This document shows positions 58,277-64,000 of a DNA stretch of 64,000 nt, one piece after another. The DNA comes from an uncultured virus (IMG/VR IMGVR_UViG_3300032287_003803) (Duplodnaviria; Heunggongvirae; Uroviricota; Caudoviricetes): the IMG/VR virus record IMGVR_UViG_3300032287_003803; one strand, given 5' to 3'. Position 1 is the stretch's first letter. The number at the start of each line of letters is the position of its first letter. Position numbers and translations under genes: made by a program. The notes below the pieces were generated by a model. It made no database searches. It had not been told where the DNA came from and saw only the letters and a program-made list of their open reading frames with translations.

Positions 58277-61200
58277 TTAGACAAAAAATGGAGTGAATGT
58301 AGCTTCTGTATCTTCTGCTTTAAAATTCATCATGTCAAAGTAGGTTTGAACCATCCAGTTGCCTAGAACCAAAGAAGAGTAAGAGTCACGACGAGCTTTA
58401 TCTGCGCCATTTTGCCTCTTTAGGTTTGATGGCAAGTCGAAAGACTGTGTGCCTTGGCTAGTTGTTGAAACTTGAATAAGAGCGCACTCAGCCTTGGTCA
58501 AATCAATCATGTCTTTCTGGTGCTCGATAAAATCAATCATTTTTGCGGCTGTATTCTTTTCGTCCGCATCTGCTACTCTCAAGAACCTGATTTGGTCAAT
58601 GGGAATGCTCTTGCCTCTTTGGCGTTGATAGTCATCATTAACCGCGCTGCAAGCAAACCAAATTTTCTTATGATCAAAAGAAGACTGTAATAATTCGTTT
58701 GCAAACCGAATCCACTGTGAAGTTGGGCGGCGAAGATGGCATATCTTTTTGGACGATAAGTTGTATTGATTGCGAGCTTCGCGCAAAGATGCATTGTAGT
58801 TTTGAACATCATCAAAGTCTGCGTCAAAGCAGTCTATTTTTAAATCATTACTTTTGAACAAGTCGCTTTCGTTGCAAGCGTTTAGGAATTGTACACCGCC
58901 ATTGTAGTCACCAACAATGCAAACAATATTGAAGTTTGTTAAGATATAATAAAAATAAAAAATATGATCTTTCAGGCGAGTGCCAGAAATAGCATAGCTA
59001 TGAACAACTGTTCCTATTCGCTTTTCTTTATTGATTTTAATAACATGCATGCCAAAGTCGTCAGAGCTTTCGCTTTCAGACCAAGATGGGTCAAAAGATA
59101 AAATATATTCATCGTTTGGTTCGCCAGCAATTTCCACACATTGACCTTGACCATCTTCAATGGTGCAAGCTGCCATTTTGCTAACTTTAAAATAACCGCT
59201 GGAATCATCAGTGAATATCGAGCCAAACTCGCGATCAAACTGAGACTGACTCAAGGTTGATTTTGCTTGCTGAATCAAAGACTGATCGTATAACTGAGTT
59301 GGCGCACAGTCATAACTCAAGTGCATGATAACACGATGCGCCACATCACTTTTTTCAGGATTTAAAATAAGATGCTCGTATTGCTGATATAGTTTATACA
59401 AGTATTCAAATTTGTAGGAGGCAGAAGAAAGCCCAATGATTTTATTATTTGGCCATTGAGTGCGATCTTCTTCTTGCATTTTGCCCGTTTCAATCAATTC
59501 TGTTTCCAAGTTGTAAATTTCCTGACGCTCTGTGGGGTTTTCTACAACAGATAAGAAAGGTAAAATAACTTCATTAAAGATTCGTTCTGGCATGAGCAAA
59601 AACTCATCAATAATCATGCGTTGGAAACGAAAACCGCGCAACTTTTCACCATCCCCAAGAGGAAGAGCAGTGATCTTGCTGCGGCCAATTTCCATGACCC
59701 ACTGATCGTTATTTTTAGAAACTCTTGTGACTGCCTCGGCAAACATAGAGGCTTTTGGCGTTTTCATAATGTCTTCAATCTTGCTGAAGATCATTCGGCT
59801 CTGACGAAAGCTTTTGGATATGATGCCAATATGCACTCCTTGATGCAGAACAGCGTCTAGAGCAGCGAACAAACCTGTTGTAAACGACTTTGATTGCCCG
59901 CGTGAGTTATGATGAACAATGCCATTTCCAATATAACATTCTTCATTATCTACAGTTATATCAATAGATTCGACTTCGCATTCATTAATAAATTTAACAG
60001 GACTAAAAACTACGCCTTCTTCTTTAATGCTATTGATAATGGCTTGGTTTTTATGAGATAGATTTTTTAATTTATCAAACTCATTTTGAGAAAATGAATT
60101 TGCCCAAGAACCTTTCTTGCCAACTACTTTTTCAAAGGGGCCGTCTGTTTTTAATAAGCTAGGCAGCTCAGGAACTAATTTATTTTGATAATTTCTAGTT
60201 TTAGAGCGCTCTAAGCTTTTGGCTAAATTATTTTTTTTATGACTAACAATAAAGTCAATTTCTGTTTGAAAAGTTTTTAAACTATTAAAATCATTCGATA
60301 GAACTAGATCGTAATATTTAACTCCTTTGTTTTCTCCAGATAATCTTACACAAGATTCGACGCCGAGATTGTTTAACAGCATTTTAACTTGCCGAAGTAG
60401 TTGTAAAGAAGTATTTTTTAATCCAATTTTACTACCTCCTTCTTGATAAGAAGCGTAACCATCCGCATCAAATAATCCGCCGATCAAAGCGCAGATTTCC
60501 TTTTTAGAAGCGGTTAATAGCTGGTCGCAAATAATTTTATTAGCAGATTTTAAGGAAATATCCCAACCAATAGATTCGATCCATTTTATAAACTCGCGAT
60601 TAAAAATTGCATATTCATAAAAATTAAGATTGGAGCTTCTTTGGCGAGCGTAGCTTTTTAAATTATTGTCTTGTATAAATTTTAAAATAGTTTCATGAAC
60701 CTCAATATGTTCGCTGCAATAATGCATTCCGTAACCATCTTTGGAAACGTATCCATCTCCTAAGACATAACCTAATAAATAAAATAAATGCGCATTATTT
60801 TTATAACCGCTGTTTTTTAAAATATCATTGTCTCCCCAAATATTTGTTCCTAATTTAACGGGTACTTGATCGCCAATTTTTAAATCTTCAATCTTTTTAA
60901 AGTCAAATTGTCCAGCGTTATATGTCAAAACCTTATGCCCCTTTTTAGCTTTAAAGGAGTCTCCAGATTTTAAAATAATTTCAAGTCCAAGCTGGTTTGG
61001 ATTTTCCCATTTATCTAAAACTTTATTTAACCCTTTTCTAGATCGTACTTCGTCTCCGATATTAATGTCTTTGATTTTTTTAAATCCCTCGGAAGTTAAA
61101 ACGTATTCATTTTTTTCTAAACACCAAACCCCCAAAAAGTAATCTGTGAGCATCATGGACTTGATTGCCATGTGCTGAAATGGAAACAATTTAATACCAG

Positions 61201-61357
61201 TCAACAATTCGCAAGTGAAAGACGGATTCTCCTTGAGAAACTTGTACAGCATGATCTTAGCCTCTCTCTCTTCTAAAAAACCTTTCGCATCAAGGATTTC
61301 TTGATTGATGTTTAAAAAGTGTTTTCTTCTTTTTTGATTGCCTTCAGTCCAAGCCAT
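58277..61357 (-). CDS. terL: terminase large subunit (intein-containing; about 620 aa after splicing)
   Basis: LFPFQ, spliced Walker A W|SRGQSKS, LRGFR..IIDE, GLSSA, nuclease ILSFDP and RRDSYS. Confidence 0.9.
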   Translation of the reverse strand: MAWTEGNQKRRKHFLNINQEILDAKGFLEEREAKIMLYKFLKENPSFTCELLTGIKLFPFQHMAIKSMMLTDYFLGVWCLEKNEYVLTSEGFKKIKDINIGDEVRSRKGLNKVLDKWENPNQLGLEIILKSGDSFKAKKGHKVLTYNAGQFDFKKIEDLKIGDQVPVKLGTNIWGDNDILKNSGYKNNAHLFYLLGYVLGDGYVSKDGYGMHYCSEHIEVHETILKFIQDNNLKSYARQRSSNLNFYEYAIFNREFIKWIESIGWDISLKSANKIICDQLLTASKKEICALIGGLFDADGYASYQEGGSKIGLKNTSLQLLRQVKMLLNNLGVESCVRLSGENKGVKYYDLVLSNDFNSLKTFQTEIDFIVSHKKNNLAKSLERSKTRNYQNKLVPELPSLLKTDGPFEKVVGKKGSWANSFSQNEFDKLKNLSHKNQAIINSIKEEGVVFSPVKFINECEVESIDITVDNEECYIGNGIVHHNSRGQSKSFTTGLFAALDAVLHQGVHIGIISKSFRQSRMIFSKIEDIMKTPKASMFAEAVTRVSKNNDQWVMEIGRSKITALPLGDGEKLRGFRFQRMIIDEFLLMPERIFNEVILPFLSVVENPTERQEIYNLETELIETGKMQEEDRTQWPNNKIIGLSSASYKFEYLYKLYQQYEHLILNPEKSDVAHRVIMHLSYDCAPTQLYDQSLIQQAKSTLSQSQFDREFGSIFTDDSSGYFKVSKMAACTIEDGQGQCVEIAGEPNDEYILSFDPSWSESESSDDFGMHVIKINKEKRIGTVVHSYAISGTRLKDHIFYFYYILTNFNIVCIVGDYNGGVQFLNACNESDLFKSNDLKIDCFDADFDDVQNYNASLREARNQYNLSSKKICHLRRPTSQWIRFANELLQSSFDHKKIWFACSAVNDDYQRQRGKSIPIDQIRFLRVADADEKNTAAKMIDFIEHQKDMIDLTKAECALIQVSTTSQGTQSFDLPSNLKRQNGADKARRDSYSSLVLGNWMVQTYFDMMNFKAEDTEATFTPFFV
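59906..61123 (-). mobile_element. intein with LAGLIDADG endonuclease (406 aa)
   Basis: Begins CLEKNEYVLT and ends YIGNGIVHHN before Ser. Internal LLGYVLGDG and LIGGLFDADG. Confidence 0.93.
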
Positions 61358-62267
61358 TTAATAATCCTCCGTTAATATAAAATTGTAAATCTACGTTCCA
61401 AAGCTTTTTGCCATGAACTAAAAGAAGAGGAATAAGCTTTTCACTGTTCTTGCGATTGCTGGAGAACACAAACTGGCAGCAGTCTTTAAATTCCATTTGC
61501 AAAGCTCTCATATTGTGGTAGATGTAAGCAAGATTGCTCTTGTGAGAGTTTTTGCCATTGTTTTTCTGTATCTGTTCAAAGTCGCTTTCCACAACCACAA
61601 AAATGAAACACTCCTGCTCCCGCGCACGCGAGAGTTCACGCTTGAATCGTTCCAAGTTATCTTCGCTCACTGTGGATTTAAAATCTGATTCAGACTTGCG
61701 ATCAACAAACGTATAATTAAAATACTTTGGCTCAACACAGTAATCTCCCAAATCCAGCTTTAGAAATTCGCTGTTCTTGAAGGATAGTGGTTGCTGCTCT
61801 CGCGTGTCAATGAAAATTTTTGGGTTTGCATTGACAAGACATTCTTTTGGAAACTTATCGCCAAACATAAGCTTAGAGCCACAACTCTCAGTTGCCGCAG
61901 AGTAACTGCCAAAAAACTTTTTAAAAACTGAAATGCTTGGCAAACCATAACTCTTCAGGATAACTTCGCATGGTGCAAATCCATCCTTGGTCTTTGAACA
62001 AAGCATGTCCAAAAGAATCATGCAAACTCCCAAATCTTTATTGTATTGTTGATTAAAGAACTTATCCTGATTCTCACTACTGAGAAAATAAGTTTGAAAA
62101 TACTGCTCTTTGTTTTTAAAAGGCAATAAATCGCCAGTAAGCAAGTCTTTGCGTCTAAAATGCTTTACATAATAATCATGTAAAAACATGTCATGCTTTT
62201 TGATGTGAGCATGAAGACTGCGTTCTGAATCGAACCCTTGTTGACATTCTAAACAATTAAATAACAT
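61344..62267 (-). CDS. C2H2 zinc finger plus ERCC4 (XPF/Mus81-like) nuclease
   Basis: CLECQQGFDSERSLHAHIKKH and IDTREQ..LDLGDY..VDRKS..DF. Start set at MLFNC. Confidence 0.8.
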   Translation of the reverse strand: MLFNCLECQQGFDSERSLHAHIKKHDMFLHDYYVKHFRRKDLLTGDLLPFKNKEQYFQTYFLSSENQDKFFNQQYNKDLGVCMILLDMLCSKTKDGFAPCEVILKSYGLPSISVFKKFFGSYSAATESCGSKLMFGDKFPKECLVNANPKIFIDTREQQPLSFKNSEFLKLDLGDYCVEPKYFNYTFVDRKSESDFKSTVSEDNLERFKRELSRAREQECFIFVVVESDFEQIQKNNGKNSHKSNLAYIYHNMRALQMEFKDCCQFVFSSNRKNSEKLIPLLLVHGKKLWNVDLQFYINGGLLNGLD

Positions 62268-63309
62268 CTTCTTTTGAAACACCAAGAACTCTCGCTTTCC
62301 ATTCGCCCATGCTCTCTAGTCTATTAGCTTCTTCGCTAATTATCTTCTTTTGCATCTCTGCAATCTTGACCATGTTTTTGCGCTCTTCCTCATCCTGAAA
62401 CAACTGAACCAAAGAAATAATTGATGCATTTTCTTTGTATTTATTTTTCATTCTTTCGGCGCGATCACCTTGTAGTTTTTTAGTGAGATTTTCAATGCGC
62501 CCTTCGCACTGATGGTATTCGCTGGACTTTGCCTTGATGATTTCAGCAAGCCTCATGGTTATATCTTGTTGATCATCAATCTCATCAAATTGATCGTTAA
62601 GTTTGTTCAAGTGCTTGCCAACAACTTCCAAGTTGATGATTTCTTTGCACACGTTCATGTAAAGATTCAATTCATCAGAGGATAGGTCTGGCTTGTCCCA
62701 AGTTAAACGAATAAATTCTTCTTCAAAAAGAATGCGATCTTTTTGCGACAAGTAATTATTCATGATTGTCACAAAGCGAGAATTAGAAAGATTAATAGTG
62801 AGCTTATCAATACAAATCTTATACTGGCGAGAAATTTTGTTTTCGTCTAGAGTCAAACCTGTAGCATCATTGATCTTTTTTAAAACGCGGCTAGAAGCTT
62901 TTGGCGGAATGTACTCTGTGAGCAGTGCAGACTCAGAATTACCAACAAGATCAGGATTCACTAGTCTAATGTAGTCAAGAATCGCTCTTTGTTCCATGCC
63001 AAGCTTTTTAACTTCGCGATCTTGGAAAATTAATTCAGCAATGCGAAAAGTGGATGTTCCAGCTTGACTCTGCAAAAGAGCAAACTGTTTTTGAGCGTCA
63101 TTTAATTCAATGCTTTCGCTCTTTTCTTTTTTTGTGGTTGTGAAGGAATAATTGTTATCAATTAAAAACTGCCTAACCAAACGGCCTTCTTTTTTTCTTC
63201 CATCCAAAGACTGATCATTGAAACACCTTTTAGTGAGTTCGTTGAGATCAGTGATTTGCAAATAGTTTTCGGTAATGAATTTTTTTTGCTCTTCTGTGAG
63301 ATCGCTCAT
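62257..63309 (-). CDS. hypothetical protein (HTH-like N-terminus, coiled coil; possible terminase small subunit)
   Basis: 350 aa upstream of TerL; LTEEQK.F helices. Confidence 0.5.
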   Translation of the reverse strand: MSDLTEEQKKFITENYLQITDLNELTKRCFNDQSLDGRKKEGRLVRQFLIDNNYSFTTTKKEKSESIELNDAQKQFALLQSQAGTSTFRIAELIFQDREVKKLGMEQRAILDYIRLVNPDLVGNSESALLTEYIPPKASSRVLKKINDATGLTLDENKISRQYKICIDKLTINLSNSRFVTIMNNYLSQKDRILFEEEFIRLTWDKPDLSSDELNLYMNVCKEIINLEVVGKHLNKLNDQFDEIDDQQDITMRLAEIIKAKSSEYHQCEGRIENLTKKLQGDRAERMKNKYKENASIISLVQLFQDEEERKNMVKIAEMQKKIISEEANRLESMGEWKARVLGVSKEDVI

Positions 63310-63992
63310 AAAATGTCTTTATTCTTTAAGATTTCAACAGCCTTGTCTCGAAAAAGCTTTTTGAGATTTTTGATTTGCTTGTAGCCGATTTTACGATTTT
63401 TTTCGCTGCTGCGATAGCCTAAAAATTTTGCAACATCTTCGTCCGACATCTTTTCGAAGAAAAGCATTTGGTAGGCGCGGAAATAGTTTTCCGACAATAC
63501 TTTTTTCATCTCTTGATTCAGCAGGGAGATTGATTGAGAAAAATCTAATTGATGCAGAGGCATCTCTTCAACTTCGCGAGAGTGATTTTCCAACTCTAGT
63601 GGAAGCTTAATGTTATAACCGTATCTCTTGCTCTTGGACCAAACAGCATACTTTTCACAAGAGGAGTCTTGCGCTCCGCTAATATTTAAAGCACAAAAAT
63701 CATCGCCCAAATTATAAGGGCAACTCATGCACGGTTTAACGTAATTTGTATAATTGTTGCGAATAAGATTTCGAATCTGATTAGCAATGACGCGAGAAAG
63801 CCAAGGCTCAAGAGCTTTCTTCTGATCCCACATGTTCCACTTCTTGAAAATATGTAATTTAATGATTTGCTCAACGTCTTCGAAAGACATCCATTTTAAT
63901 ACGTTAAGCTGCCATTTGTTTCGGCGCTTTCGTATTTCGATTTCAATGATTGGTAGCTTTTCCTCGAAAAGAATTTTTTTACGTCTTGGCAT
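63306..63992 (-). CDS. RNA polymerase sigma factor-like protein
   Basis: Region 2-like FEDVEQIIKLHIFKKW..WD....EPWLSRVIANQIRNLIR and region 4 HTH MSDEDVAKFLGY, with a Cys-rich insert. Confidence 0.7.
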   Translation of the reverse strand: MPRRKKILFEEKLPIIEIEIRKRRNKWQLNVLKWMSFEDVEQIIKLHIFKKWNMWDQKKALEPWLSRVIANQIRNLIRNNYTNYVKPCMSCPYNLGDDFCALNISGAQDSSCEKYAVWSKSKRYGYNIKLPLELENHSREVEEMPLHQLDFSQSISLLNQEMKKVLSENYFRAYQMLFFEKMSDEDVAKFLGYRSSEKNRKIGYKQIKNLKKLFRDKAVEILKNKDIL

Positions 63993-64000
63993 GTTTGTCT

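Noticed and set aside
37..63610. Numerous short antisense or overlapping ORFs in the ORF track (e.g. 50921..51514, 56510..57064, 55679..56161)
   Set aside because: They are shadows of longer recognisable genes and have no motifs or start signals.
1..64000. Stop-codon reassignment
   Set aside because: Genes are full length and densely packed under the standard code, and TAA, TAG and TGA are all used as stops.

Overview
This window is a 64 kb segment of a large, AT-rich tailed dsDNA phage genome. It uses the standard genetic code, and no rRNA, tRNA, CRISPR array or integrase was seen. From left to right it carries: nucleotide metabolism (dNMP kinase, dUTPase, class I RNR beta and alpha); an 8-gene glycan synthesis/modification cluster; replication and recombination genes (RecA, DnaB, an atypical DnaG, PD-(D/E)XK nucleases, a free-standing LAGLIDADG endonuclease, and Pol III alpha split into PHP, DnaQ and DnaE genes); a ClpC-like ATPase, a pseudokinase and a SET-domain protein; tail fibres/adhesins, a 2266-aa tape measure protein and three tail-tube paralogues (no sheath gene in the window, so probably siphovirus-like); neck, capsid, protease/scaffold and portal genes; an intein-containing terminase, an ERCC4 nuclease and a sigma-like protein. 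The most notable signals are: (1) a GTGTAA motif 8-11 nt before many ATGs, suggesting a phage-specific leaderless promoter regulon; (2) pervasive [S/T]-G motifs in virion surface proteins alongside a glycosyltransferase island, suggesting a glycosylated virion; (3) a nuclease-like module bracketed by PN(F/Y)A repeats inside the tape measure protein; (4) the three-part replicative polymerase. All calls come from motif recognition by eye; no database searches were run.
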